Assembly: GCF_030028105.1 (NCBI RefSeq)
Contig: NC_092394.1
Coordinates: 45,548,477-45,612,476 of the forward strand
Direction of reading: 5' to 3'
From: Mobula birostris
Lineage: Eukaryota
Length of the DNA: 64,000 nt
Shown here piece after piece: positions 1 through 12,809 of this stretch. The stretch's first letter is position 1. Every line of letters starts with the position of its first letter. The notes under the pieces were generated by a model. It ran no database searches. It was not told the origin of the DNA and worked only from the letters and a program-made list of their open reading frames with translations. The position numbers were made by a program, and so were the translations under genes.

Positions 1-179
1 ATTCAATGATGTCACTCCTCGTTCTTCTGAATTCTAGTGAATACATGCCCAGAGCAATCAAACGTTCTTCATATGACAACACATTTAAACCTAAACTCTC
101 ATTCTTGTTAGCAAGGCAATCATCTGTCCATGCCAATATCTTGCCATCTACACCATGATCTTTTCTTTTTCTACAATAA

Positions 180-1630
180 CCTCTGACTGCTTGCATCATG
201 GTCTGGTATGGCAATTTGAATGCACAGGAACAGAGCACGGCCTGGATGGTGGAGGCTCCCTGATGATGGATGCTGCTTTCCTACAACAATGCACCGTGTA
301 GACATGCTCAGTGGTGGGACGGCTTTACCTGTGATGGACTGGGCCGTACCCACTACTGTTTTTTTGTAACTTTTCCATACACAGACACTGGTGTTTCCAT
401 AACAAGGCCATAAGTCAACTAGTCAATACACTCTCCACCACAAATCTATAGAAGTTTATCAAAACTTTAGATGATATACTGAATCTTTGCAAACTAAGAA
501 AGTAGAGCCGTGCTTTCTTCATAATTGCATTTGCATACTGAACTCAGGACACGTCCTCTGAAATGACAACACCGAGGAATTTAAAGTTGCTGACCATTTT
601 CACCTCTGATCCTCTGAGGACTGGCTCATGGACCTCCAGTTTTCTCTTTGGTCTTGCTGACATTGAGTGAGAGTTGTTTTCAATCTCCTTCGTATGTGAT
701 GCTTCAGCAAACTTGAATACGGCACTGGATTGTGCCGAGCCTCAGTCATAAATATAAAGCGAGTAGAGCAGAAGGCTAAGCATACACTCCTGTAGTGCAG
801 CTGTGCTGATGGAGATTGTGGAGATGTTGCCAATCCAAATTGACAGGGAGTCTGCAAATGAGAAAAATTGAGGATCCAGTTGCACAAGGAGGCACTGAGA
901 CCGCAGACTTGAAGCTTATGGATTAGTTTTCAGGGGGTGATAGTATTGAATGGCAAGCTGTAGTCAAAGAAGAGCATCCTGATGTATGCACCTTTGCTGT
1001 CCAGATACTCCAAAATTCAATAAAAGGATAATGAAATGGCACCTGCTGTTGACCTGTCGTGACAGTAGGCAAATTAGATTGGATCCAAGTGGCTTTTTAG
1101 GTAGGAGTTGGTATGTTTCATCATTAACCTGTCAAAGCATTTCACTGAATACAAGTGCTACTGGATGATAGTCATTGAGGCAAGTTACCACATTCTTTTT
1201 AGGCTCTGGTAAAATTGAAGCCTGCCTGATGCAGGTGGTGACCTCAGACTACCAAAGGGAGAGGTTAGAGATATTGGTGAACACTCCAGCCAATTGATCA
1301 GCACAGGCCTTTAGTACTCGGGCAGGTAACTCCGCTGGGCTGGATCTCATTTGTGGATTCACCCCCCAAAGGATGCTCTCATATCAGCCTCAGGGACTGA
1401 AATCACAGGGTCACTGGGGGCTGTCGGGAGTTTGTAAAGGTGCCTCCATGTTTTGATGGTCAAAATGAGCATAAAAGGTACTGAGCTCAAAGCCTTGTCA
1501 CCTATATCACTTGGTTTCACTTTGTAAGAGGTGACAGCATTCAAGCCCTGCCACTGCTGTCGTGCATCCTTCGGTGATTTAAGTTTGGTCCGTTTCAAAT
1601 TTCACTGAGCTATCTCGGACATCCTCCACA
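180..1630 (-). mobile_element. Degenerate Rex1/Babar-like LINE fragment
   Basis: Broken ORF pieces such as DARQQWQGLNAVTSYK...SVPEADMRASF and CNWILNF, followed by RT and C-terminal remnants. Confidence 0.6.
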
Positions 1631-2828
1631 AATAATCCTTGCTTGATCCCCATCACCCACAAAATCTTTCAGCAAAAACGATCCAAAAACAAAACCAGAC
1701 TGAAGGACAATGACAACAGCCAGCTCTGTCTAACCACAGGTTACCAGACTGTCCACCTAGCATCCTGCTTTGCTATAAATGTTTCCACTGATAATATCTT
1801 TAGAGTTACTCCTTTAGACTGCTCTAAATCTTGAAGAGAGCTTTAGGACTCACTGGTCTCTGTTCCTGCCTCAGCCAGTTGCCAAAACTATCATTCATGA
1901 GTCTTATTACTTCTGGCACAATTACTCCAATACTCTCCTCTTCAGCTTTCTTTTCATCTTCCAGTGTTTCTGGTATTCACTAATCTACGCTGGATCCGTT
2001 AGCAAAGCATCCAATTTAAAATTCTCAGTCAAGTTTAAATGCTTCCACGTGCTGATTGCACATAATTTTAAAATGGCATATATGTATTATACATCTTTTG
2101 CTGCTTGGTTGCAAACTTGAACTACTTCTCTATATCTCTCTGCTATTTGAAATCAGGGTTTAAGAACCTCTCCCTAGCCAAATATTTAATAATAAGTAGT
2201 GCTGGCTTCCTACTGGCAATACCAATGAAGACTAGGTACACAATACCCTGGTGATGGCAATGGGGTAGAGTTAATGTGCTAGATGACTGGTTTGCCACAT
2301 AGGTATGAGTAACAAATATATCCCAGAGGTGGCAACTTCACTTAAGATCCATTAATACTCAAACGCTGGGCTGAAAAACACAGGGAAAAATTACAGCATA
2401 CTACAGCCATCAATGTAGATACAAATTATTGCAACAGTATGTTCTATCAGGTGATTGCAGAAATTCCTCCAATTCATATTTGAAGGACTAGAAGATACAG
2501 AAGTTAAACAGATAGTTAAAAAATGATGGAAACATGTCCCATGACAGATCGCATCTCTGAGGAGAGAACCAGAGCCAAAACCTTTGGTCAGTGGCATTGT
2601 TTTAGAACTGTAAAAACTAAGTGATAAATAACCGTTAAGGCAAAGGGTGAAGGAGAAAAGAAAAACAGTAAAAAGGAGAAATTAAATGACGAAAGTGTAA
2701 AGTACTGCACAAGACAAATTAACCAAAAGCAAAAACAATGAAAGAGGAAATTGAGACATTAACTGAAATTACAGTGAACAATACTGATGCTGGTAATCAG
2801 AGAAAAACAGAAAAGGTAGAAATGCTCA

Positions 2829-3205
2829 TTGCCTCCTCCAAGAGGACAGAACCTTGTCGTGGTTTGGTGGCTTGTGTGCCTCAATGACATGGAGAGCTAT
2901 GTTGGCTGGAGTCAGGGCTTCATGCTTTGGCATTTGGTAGAGTTATCCATGCCAAACAGATCAAAGGGTGGAAGACAGACTAAGAATGGTCCACCAGTCC
3001 TCCAGATTTGAGGCATCAGCTCAGGGCTAACAACCCTGACTGGTAAAACAAAATAGCTATAGAAACAGCAATGAAGAATCCTTCTACACCTGAGTGCAAC
3101 AATACTTAGTGTCTCCACCCAGGAAACGTATGCCTGATAGAGTGAAAACAGAGAGGAAGCTACTCCATTGCTGCCTTAAACGGTAGTGCCATAATGGGCA
3201 GCAAG
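2829..3205 (+). mobile_element. Interspersed repeat resembling an RTE-type 5'UTR / RTE-derived SINE
   Basis: Interrupts a PLE-tail remnant (2780-2828, resuming at about 3210); contains the motif gggctaacaaccctgactggtaaaac. Recognised by eye only. Confidence 0.4.
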
Positions 3206-4929
3206 CTAGCTCATTGTCTGAAATTGTTGATCTTTTGTGTTGAGTCTAGAAGACAATAATATGCCTAGATAGAAAATAGCAGTGCTATTCCTTAATATTA
3301 CATTGACCTTTACAACAACAGTACAAGCAGCCAAAAAAAGATGACCAAAAAGGAAATGGAAGGGGAAAGTGCAGCTCAGAGCCTTGCCTACAGATGGAAC
3401 AGACATTCAGAATGTCTCTGCAGTTCAATCACCCAGTCTGCCTTTGTTCTGCTCAATGCAAACTCAGCAACTTGAACAGTATACTATAGACAGCAAATCA
3501 CATTAAGTACTTAGAGTAGTCAATTTGGTACCTCAAGCCTGATCCTTCATTCAATAAAATGCTCACTGATGTGAATTTTTATCTCAACTTTCCATTCTTG
3601 CTTACACATAGTCATTTCTTTACCCTATGGCCATCAAGTATCTGCCCATCTCTACTGTAAGATCAAAGACTGCCTTCACTGTTTGAGGAAGACTATTCCA
3701 AGGGCTCCAAGAGAAAATATTGAACCTTCTTGGTTGGGAGATTCTTTTTTTGAACAGTGATTCCTGTTTCCAGATTCTCCAAAAAGACAAAGTCTGCTCT
3801 CAACATTGACTTTTAGACTCTCTAGGATCCTGTACATTTCATTCACCCCTTCGCACTCCAAATTCCTGAGGAATTCTATCACAACTGCCTGCCCATTCCA
3901 GTTATCAGTCTAAAGAACCTCTAAATTTCATTGGATTAGGGTCCAAATTATGTTTTTTTTATTGTGTTTTTCCATGTAGTTTTTAAGCTTTCTTTATGCT
4001 GTCTTACATGTTACAATTTAGCTAGAAAGATCTTGGCTTTGGTTTTTATTTCCCCATAAGGTTAGAATTAGTGTAGAGGAGATAATCAGCAGCGGGAGCA
4101 AAACACATTGGTGGGAGCTGATTATAGGTCTTTAAATAGCAGTGGTGATGCAAGGTGCAGAATAAATAAGGAAATTAGATGCACATGCGACAATAATAAT
4201 ATAGTAATCATAGGGGACTTTAATTAGTACTTGCAATGTCTGGAATCTACACAAGATTCCTTCCTTGGTACACTGAGGAGAATCGACCATTTTAGATTTA
4301 CCACTGAATAAATTGTTCATTTGTAATTATTGGAAAGGGGCCCACAGAAAGAATGACCATAAAATAACAGGAAGTTCAAAATTGGGGTACCTCAGTCTGA
4401 AACATAGACTTTCAATGTAAATACCCTTGAAACTATTTGCACTGGTAAATTTATATCAAACAAAATTAAAATTGTCTTGGGATATTAATAGGAATACATT
4501 CAAAAATCTAGAAAATAAGTCAATTGCCAAGGATGCCAGGTTGGAGTTTTATGATGCTTTAAAAAGGGTTCATGAAATAGTACTGCACAAGAACAGGCCC
4601 TTCAGCTTATGATGTTATGGCAAATTAATTAAGGTAATGACATCTCACACATTCTGCCTGTTCATAGTCCATATCCCTTTATACTCACCTAGGTATACAA
4701 GAGCTTTTTAAATGCTTCTATCACACCTGCCTCCACCACCAAGTTCAACCCTTGAACTTTCTCCATACCATGTTAAATGCATGCCTCCTAGTATTAGACA
4801 CTGAGCCTGAGGGGATATTGGCTGTCAATTTAATGATCTTCTGTCAGGAAGATCATTAAATGGTTAAAAAATGGTTTTTTAATAGTTTTTTAAATTTATT
4901 AATGGTTAAAAAAAATATTGACCAGAACA

Positions 4930-5540
4930 AAGGGATTTGCAGGTACATATATATCAAGTCACTGAAAGATAGCATGCAGGTGCAGCAGTCAGGAAAGCAA
5001 ATGCTATAATGGTCTTTACTGCAAAAGGGTTTGAGTTCAGGAGTAAAGACGTCTTGGGATATAGGGCATTAGGTAGGTTACACAGCTGAGTTCCAATTTT
5101 GGTTTTCTTATCAGAAAAAGAATGTACTTGCTGTGGAAGGAATATGGAAATGACTTAATCAGATTGATTCTTGCAATGGTAAATTTATTTATTATTCAAG
5201 AAGAGTTGGGAAAACAAGGCCTTTATCATTAGAGTTTATAAAATTGAGAGTTGTCCCAGCTGAAAAATTCAGATTTTTTTAAGGTTTGACAGAATAAGAG
5301 GAAGGATATTTCCCTTAGCTGAGACATCTAGGTGCGACCAGGGCAATTTAAGATGGAATCTAGGGCAAATTTCTTTACTTTGGTATTCTCTAGCCCAGAA
5401 GTCAGCGGAGTCAAGTCATTTCTTTTATTCATAATTCATGATTGATAGATCTTTGCATTTTAGAATAATCAAGGGACATGGGCAAGAAAGTGCTTTTGAA
5501 GAATGGAAAAGTACGCTAGAATTGAATGGCCTACTTCAGT
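4930..5540 (+). mobile_element. Old CR1 LINE 3' remnant
   Basis: Degenerate counterpart of the CR1 C-terminal region seen at 31300-32100. Confidence 0.55.
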
Positions 5541-5765
5541 ATATTATCATCTTCAGTAGATTTGGCCCCAGAATAGACATTTCCTGCCAACAGTAGTGAC
5601 CTCATTCAGCATATCCTTCAGTTGGCCAATTCTCAGTTCTGATCCCTTAACTATACCATCGGCCGTTAGTAGTTCAGAGCCTTTCCCCAAAACACATCAG
5701 CATTTCTGCTGGCCTCCCCCTCACCTACCCTGAAACATCACTTTGAATTGAATATGACCTCTAAA

Positions 5766-5841
5766 GATTAAAAGGTTAAAGTCTGTCCCGAGCCTTGTGG
5801 CCCATCAGGCCGGAGCTTATGCCGGTTTCTGTGGTGTGAAG
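5766..5841 (-). mobile_element. 76-bp 5'-truncated SINE/LINE 3' end with 8-bp TSD
   Basis: CCTCTAAA at 5758-5765 and 5842-5849; short AAAGGTT-type tail repeat at the left end. Confidence 0.55.
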
Positions 5842-6119
5842 CCTCTAAACTCCAAAGATAATTCAGGTCTTGCTCATTCGCCACTGTCACCGGAGTAACT
5901 GAAAACATTTTTATTTTGTTAAATGGTTCTTAAAAGAATGTGTTGTTTTGTTACAGGATGTGATGAACAGTGAAAGCAATTCTGTGATTCACTTGGCTTT
6001 CTATAATCTCTCTTCCTCCCATAAATTTAGAACTAAAAGGGCAAGATAACAGCTCAGCGTTGTAAACTCTCAGTCCAAGAACAGTGCAGAGCTAGCAGAA
6101 TTTTATATTGGTAGGAAAA

Positions 6120-6500
6120 CAGAAATCAGGACAGAAGAGAAACAATGCCAGACAATGCAGCCTGGAAATTTTGGTGGTAGTTGAGGGTGAGGATAAGGGC
6201 ATTTTGATTGAAGGAGGTAATGGGCAGGTGAAGAAAAGGGAAGCTGTAAGAGGGGAGTCATAATGGAGAATGGAAAGGGGGGGGAAATGACCAGAATTTA
6301 CAGGATCAATGTCATGCTACCCAGACGGATTACGCGGCGCCGGTCTTCCAATTTGAGAGTAGCCTCATTGTGGCAGTGTTGGTGGCCGTGGAGCAACATG
6401 TCAAAATGGGAATGGAAAGTAGAATTAAAATGGGTCGCCAGCAGGAAATCCCGCCTGTTGTAGCAGACACAGCAAAGGTGCTCGATGATGCTCAATCTAA
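6120..6500 (-). mobile_element. Penelope-like GIY-YIG C-terminal remnant
   Basis: ORF 6298-6495: EHL...ATHFNSTFHSHFDMLLHG...KLEDRRRVIRLGS. Confidence 0.7.
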
Positions 6501-6658
6501 GTCAGGTGATGTTAAAAGCCGGCCACTGAGTAAATACAAAAAGCACCAAATTACACTAAAACCACAAATATTATACAAAAGCTGCTACATCCACATTCAT
6601 TTTACTGTCTGTTCTTACCACAGACAAGAACCTTCAACTGAATCATTTGATTTGATTA

Positions 6659-8159
6659 CCATAAATTCTGGTGTATAAGCCAATCCCCATTTTCAAGGTT
6701 AAAAAAGTGACTTTTTCATCTTACCTTTGTATAAGCCGACCCCTTTTGTAAAGGTTTTTGATTAACCAGAAAAGATCACAAGATCTCACATGCTGGTTCT
6801 CAACTTTGCCGGATCCGGAACCTGGAAATTTTGTGAACCAGTACCTGCTAAGAAAACAGGCCTACACATTGTACAGCGAATTTTTAATAAATAAATCAGA
6901 GAGGGAGGTTTTGGATTAGGTTCCCAATAGTAAAGAATCCGCTGAAATGTAACCCCCGTGAAACCATTTAGCACCCATCGTAATCTCATTAAAACATAAG
7001 ATGGGGTGGCGGGATCAGTATGTGTACTCAATACTGAGTTTGCGACCACCATGTACAAAAGATTAAAACGAATGCGATATGATGCTGGCTTCAAGCTGAA
7101 GGTTGTTGATTTTGCTAAAGGAACGAATAAACCTGTGGCTGCTAAGAAGTTTAGTGTAAACGAGAAACAAGTGAGAGAGTGGAGAAAGGCAGAGGACATG
7201 CTGAGGGAAATGCCAGAGACGAAATGTGCAAACCACAGGAAAACGTGCCAGTGGCCAGAACTGAAAGAAAAGGTTTCAGAGTGGGTGAATCACCAGCGAT
7301 CGTCTGGATACATTGTTACCAGAGAAATGATTCGAGTTCAAGCGTTGAAATGGGCCGAAAAACAGAGTAAGGTCAGCAAAAATTTCAAAGCTATGTGAAG
7401 TTGGTGCACCTGATTTATGAATAGACATGATCTTGTGCTGAGACAAAAAAACAAAGATTGCTCAGAAGTTGCCAAGTGACCTTGAGAATAAGATTACGGC
7501 CTTCCAGTCGTTTGTAATCAAGCATCGAAAGGCATATTCCTACCCGCTCTCACTGATTTGGTTACATGGACGAGACACCTATGTTCTTTGATTTTGCTGG
7601 CAACCGCACTGTCAATCAGAAGGGGGAGGAAACAGTCCTTGCCAAAACAACTGGACACGAGAAGCAACATTTTACTGTCGTGTTAACATGTATGGCTGAT
7701 GGGACCAAACTACTAGCCATAGTGATTTTTAAGAGGAAAACATTCCCAAAGAAAGAAACTCCTGCAGGGTGTTGTTGTTTACGTTCAAGAACAAAGCTGA
7801 ATGGACGAAGTAGGTTGCTTGAAGTGGGTTAAAGAGGTGTGGCGTCCACATCCCGAAGGTTTTAGGAAGGAAAAGTCGCTACTTGTCTGGGACATGCTCA
7901 AAGCGCACGTCATGTGAGACAAAAGCAGCATTGAAAGCTGAAAATACAGACATTGCAGTCATTCCCGGTGGTTTGACATCTGTGTGTAAATTTCATAAGC
8001 CCACTTTCTTTTGTATTTGACTCAAAAACAGCTAATAAATACGACCTGTCTTCCGTGTATTCATTTTTCCAAAGTTGGCACCCTCTCATAAGCTGACCCC
8101 CTAACTTTTAGGACCAAGCTTTAGGGCCAAAATCTCGGCTTATACACTGGAATTTACGG
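6659..8159 (+). mobile_element. pogo-superfamily (POGK/Passer-like) DNA transposon, internally deleted, 1501 bp
   Basis: TA TSDs at 6657-58 and 8160-61; TIRs CCATAAATTCTGGTGTATAAGCC / GGCTTATACACTGGAATTTACGG. Transposase remnant about 7051-7985 has a Brinker-type DBD (YDAGFKLKVV...QVREWRK), a CENP-B HTH and DDE_1 (MDETPMFFD), with stops and frameshifts. Confidence 0.9.
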
Positions 8160-10868
8160 TAATTCCAAAACTTCTCCAGGCAGTTGCTAGCACACTGTAG
8201 TCTCTTGCCAAATTCACTGATTCTAAAAATTGGCTGATAAAATAATGCTTTTTCCTCACTCAGTCAAGAATCTTCACATGGGAATATCCAGCTTACAGCT
8301 GCAACACTACTGAGCAACACGGGCAAAGAAATAACTGATAGCAGGACAGGTCTGAAAGCACCTTCTTACCTATTGTGCAGGTAACCAACAAGATCTCATG
8401 TGTGAATGACCAGGTGATGAGGCAAGATGAAGATGTGATTGAAACAAATCTGAAGGCCGATACACCGACCAGGAGAGAATGAGCACAGAAATATATGAAG
8501 AGGTCAGTTTCACCATTCAGTGTGATTAATGTGGAATGAAATGTTTAATGTATTAAAAGCACAAAGTCTCAGCAAGAATGAGCCTAACCTAGCAAGGGAT
8601 AACAATCCACATGTCAGTGCTCACCTCTCACCCTCGTTCTGTGCTAAGACATTCTAAAGAGATTATCTGCAAGCACCCACAGTGGATTGAACGCAGGCTG
8701 ACAGCTCTTCCCTTCCACCCACACCTTTCCTTCTTCCAGCAGTTTGACTCATGTATTCCAGAAATCTAGTCATGAATGAACCCACGCCTGAGAGCAAGTC
8801 AAAAATCTCTTCAATGCCTGCCTCAGTCAAACTTCAGCTGCAACTCTCATTTACTTGCCAAATTCCAATAATCCTCAAAAGTGTATCAGAAACTTGAATC
8901 CACACCTCTCCTGAATAAATTACAATGATTCATACATTCTTGTTCAGCTCAAAGCGGTTAAAACTCTTACTGAGACACTGAGACTATGCCTCCTAGTTCT
9001 AAACTCACAGTAAAAGAAAAACCTTCACTTTTCCTAGCTAATCAAACCCACTCATTCTTAAATTTTAGAGAGATATTCTAGGCTTCAGAGTATGTAGTAG
9101 GCTAATCAATCTTGCTGTAAAAGATAAGAGTATCTCAGGAATTAATTGAGTATAAAAACTGAAAACACCCAGCAAGTCTGACAGCATTTGTAAAGAAAGA
9201 AATTGACTCTATTTTAAGCCAATAGCCTTTCCTCAGAACTGATGAAAGCTTTAACGCTGATGAAAGGTCACGAGCAAAATTTTACTTGTTTTTCCTCTTG
9301 ACAAATGCTGTCAAGAGTTTTATTTCTGATTTCCAGCACATGCAGTTCTTTTGTGTTAATCTAGTAAATTCTGAAACACTTCAAGATAAGTATACCTTAC
9401 CTCGAATACAGACCACATGCTGCTTTGGCAATAGTTTGCTCAATGGCATCCTAAAACATAGGGGTCTCAAGGACAGACAAACAAGTCAGTAAATCACCAT
9501 TTATGGCCTATTAATGCACTGAAGTTTTAGAACAGAATCATCAGCTAATTATTCCCCAAATAGCTAATGAAATGATTTTGATTGCATTTGATTAAATTAA
9601 TCCAAAACCCCCTGTATACAGTACCATGCAATAGTCTTAGGCACGTTAAAAATCTGTAAAGTGAAGATGTTTTCAAAAATAATGAAATGAAGCATTTCTA
9701 AATATCAAAAAATTAATACATAGACCAGTTAAAAAAGCCGAATCAATATTTGGTATGACCATCCTTTGCCTTTAAAACTGCATCAATTCTGTTAGGTACA
9801 CTGTATTATAGGAAACCTAGCTGGAGCATCTTGGAGAACTTGCCAAAGTACTTCCGAAGACTTTGACTGTCTCACTTCTCTCTTTCCAGGTAATCCCAGA
9901 CAGCCTCCATGTTGATATGAGGGTTCTGTGGAGGCAATACCATCTGTTGTTGAAATCCTTGTTCTTCAAATCCTTGTTCTTCTTTTCACTGACGGTAGTT
10001 ATTTATGACCTTGGCTGTGTGTTTGGGGTCATTGCCCTGCTGCAGAATGAAGCTAGGACCAATCCCTGCTCGTGTTCTGTGATGGATAAGAATCTGCTTG
10101 TACTTCTCAGCACTGAGGATTCCGTTACTTCTGAACAGATCACCAACTCCATTTGCAGAAATGCAGCTCCCAAACCTGCAGGGAACTACCACCATGCCTC
10201 ATGGTTGGCCATAGCACTCTCCAGTTCTTCTATGGACAAACTTCCTGTTTGAGCCAAAATTTCATATTTTGATTCATCAGTCCAGAGGGGAGTCTCTTGG
10301 CTTTGTTTCCACTTCAGAGGTATGGCTTTTTGGCTGCCACTTCTGACAAGATTTCACTGGAATGCACAGGGGGTGTATTTGTGCTGCAGTGGTTTCTGTG
10401 CAAGTTCAGAGCTGACAGGAGTGCTGGAAGGGACATCAGTCTGCTACATTCAGTCTCCTTGGCCAACGACTGCATTCTTCTTGCACATTTCATTGTGCTT
10501 CTTCAGAAGAGCTTGGACAGCACATCTTGAAACTCCTGTCTGCCACAAAATTATTGCTTGGGAGAGATCTTGCTGATGCAGAATGATCACCTTGTGTCTT
10601 GTTGCTATGCTCATTTTTGGCGTGGTGTAAGAATTGATGATTTGAAGGATAAACTGTCACATCTGCCACACCCTCACCTTTTAGACTGAATGTCCTTTGC
10701 CCAACTTGATTCCTTCCACACCCATTTCTGTTTCAGTTAATCAGTTTATCATTCAACTCATGTCATTGATCATTAGCACCTGCTTGTTATTTGTTTAATC
10801 ATACACTGGGCTATATCTCTACAAAGTAATCAGGTTTTTATTTTGAAAAGTGGTCTATTATTTAATGT

Positions 10869-11145
10869 CCCATGATCCTCTCATATCTCCTTTGCCAATC
10901 ACCTGTCCAGCTCTTGGTTCTATCCCTCCCCCTCCTGTCTTCTCCTATCATTTTGGATCTCCCCCTCCCCCTTTCAAATCTCTTACTAACTCTTCCTTCA
11001 GTTAGTCCTGACGAAGGGTCTCGGCCTGAAATGTCGACTGTACCTCTTCCTAGAGATGCTGCCTGGCCTGCTGCGTTCACCAGCAACTTTGATGTGTGTT
11101 GCTTGAATTTCCAGCATCTGCAGAATTCCTGTTGTTGTTTGTTGT
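10869..11145 (+). mobile_element. 277-bp PLE 3'-end insert (hammerhead-bearing) inside the Tc1
   Basis: 13-bp TSD TATTATTTAATGT at 10856-10868 and 11146-11158; (TTG)n-like end; homologous to the PLE 3' regions at 38160-38480 and 44300-44637. Confidence 0.85.
11004..11039 (+). ncRNA. Minimal type I hammerhead ribozyme motif in a PLE-derived insert
   Basis: AGTC / CTGACGA / AGGGTCTCGGCCT / GAAA / TG / TC / GACT. Stem I is AGUC:GACU, the core CUGANGA and GAAA are intact, stem II is AGG:CCU, and the GUC cleavage triplet is at 11033-11035. Confidence 0.75.
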
Positions 11146-11429
11146 TATTATTTAATGTTTCTTTCTTTGACAAAACAATCCCTAACATTTAAGATATTGA
11201 AAAATGAATGTTTGGAAATCTAAAATTTCTTTTCTACTGACACACTAATGCAAAAGATTAAAAAGAATGAACATTTTAAACAAACTGTATATACAAAAAT
11301 CCAGGGTGTCCAATACTTTTGCACAGTACTGTATAACAATGAGGAACATGTTGATTTATCAAATGTACAAGTTTTTCTAATCTCTTCAATAGTGACACTC
11401 CAGGCGTAATTATTGCTAAGAGCCTAAAC

Positions 11430-11510
11430 AACGGTTTCCCAAACTGGGGTCCATGGATGCCCCAGCTAAAGGTATGGCTCTAAAGCATAAAAAAAGATTG
11501 GGAACCCCTG
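11430..11510. mobile_element. Tiny hAT (Charlie-like) MITE
   Basis: Ends ...GGTTTCCCAAACT / AGATTGGGAACCCCTG; degenerate 8-bp TSD GCCTAAAC / GTATAAAC. Confidence 0.6.
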
Positions 11511-12809
11511 GTATAAACAAACAAACTCACTCAAAAAAACAAGACCACTTTATTCCAGAACACAACAGCATAAAACTACCCCAGCTCCAGTACCTAGTAT
11601 TCTTTCACTAGGGCAGAACAGCAAGTTCTGTCACATTGGCTCTGGTAGGTCACAGGATTATGTTGTGAAATCGATCATGTTGCTCAGAACACAGTGTATG
11701 AACTGTGACATCTGATTTTCCCAGTGACTTCAACCATTTGGCAGCAAATGGGTTTCTACCTACCAATTAACCAACCACCCTGAATAACTTAAAATCATTT
11801 AGTAATTAACCATAAATATGTTAGTTTCCAGCTTTAAACTACCTGCATAAAATGGTCAGCAGATAGTTGTTTAGAACCAAGTTTAACACAAGTATTGTCA
11901 TCAATATGTTTCTGGAAAATTAGTCAAATCCAAATAAGTCTCTGACTGGAATTTGGATTCCCTGGGCCTCAGTGTGTCATAAATTGTTATAATCAGTTCT
12001 TATCAGTAACGTTATCAAATGTGAAAAATGAACTGTTAACACTGAATATTCATGCTCTCACCAATGCCTCCCAGACAAAACATACTCAGATGTTATCTTT
12101 CACAACTTGGGAGTTATTCCATGAACCTCACAGTCAAGGATATATTTATATTTAGGAACAATGTGTGTTCAATGAGATCCCCGACAATACAAAGATATAG
12201 TATCCAGAGGCTAGGATTATTCATCTGAATACATGAATTTGAATCCCATCACAATGGTTGGGCAATTTAATTATAATGAACTAAATATGAAATTTAAAAT
12301 CCAAGTTTGTGTCATAAAACCACATCTTTTTCACTCATAATTTCAGGCTAGGAATCAGCCATCCTTATTCCCTCTATTATCTCGATCTAGACCAAAGTGG
12401 CTGGTTTCTGTTCTCTTAATTTTGGGTAATTAGAGATGTCAATAAATGGCAACACTAACATCATAGGAATTAATAAATGCAACATAAAATATACCAGTTC
12501 AAGTTTAAATGTTTGCAAGATTCCAGAAGAAATGTTTTGCTCATCTTTGAAAAGTCTTCATGCAATCATTAATTCAGGACCCCTTTTCTCCTGGGTACAA
12601 GTAAACTTTTCTAGAGAAGATCTCTGAAGCATCAGTGTTAAAAAGAGAATATCCTAACTAATTCACCCCAAACTCCATGTGCAGCAGTCTATTCTGGTTC
12701 CACACCTGAAAATATTTGACTGTGAAAAAGTGTTCCTCTCTCTAATCAATATTCTGCTTCCCCCTATACCCTCTCCTTTCCTCCAATTATGCCTTGGCTC
12801 ACACATCTT

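Larger units (their letters stand above)
9619..11331 (-). mobile_element. Decayed Tc1 DNA transposon
   Basis: TA-flanked TIRs CAGTACCATGCAATAGTCTTAGGCAC / GTGTCCAATACTTTTGCACAGTACTG; transposase remnant GVGDL...KYKQIL...FILQQGNDPKHTAK. Confidence 0.88.

Noticed and set aside
8370-8449. Phase-compatible 80-nt candidate DTX2 exon 3 (ttcag|...ATAG|GTAAGA on the minus strand)
   Set aside because: The translation FVSITSSSCLITWSFTHEILLVTCTI has no Deltex resemblance that I can see; it needs RNA evidence.
10862-11192. Recurrent ORFs such as LLVNAAGQAASLGRG... (also at 45045, 57922, 58064)
   Set aside because: Translations of the non-coding PLE tail repeat; the recurrence reflects copy number.
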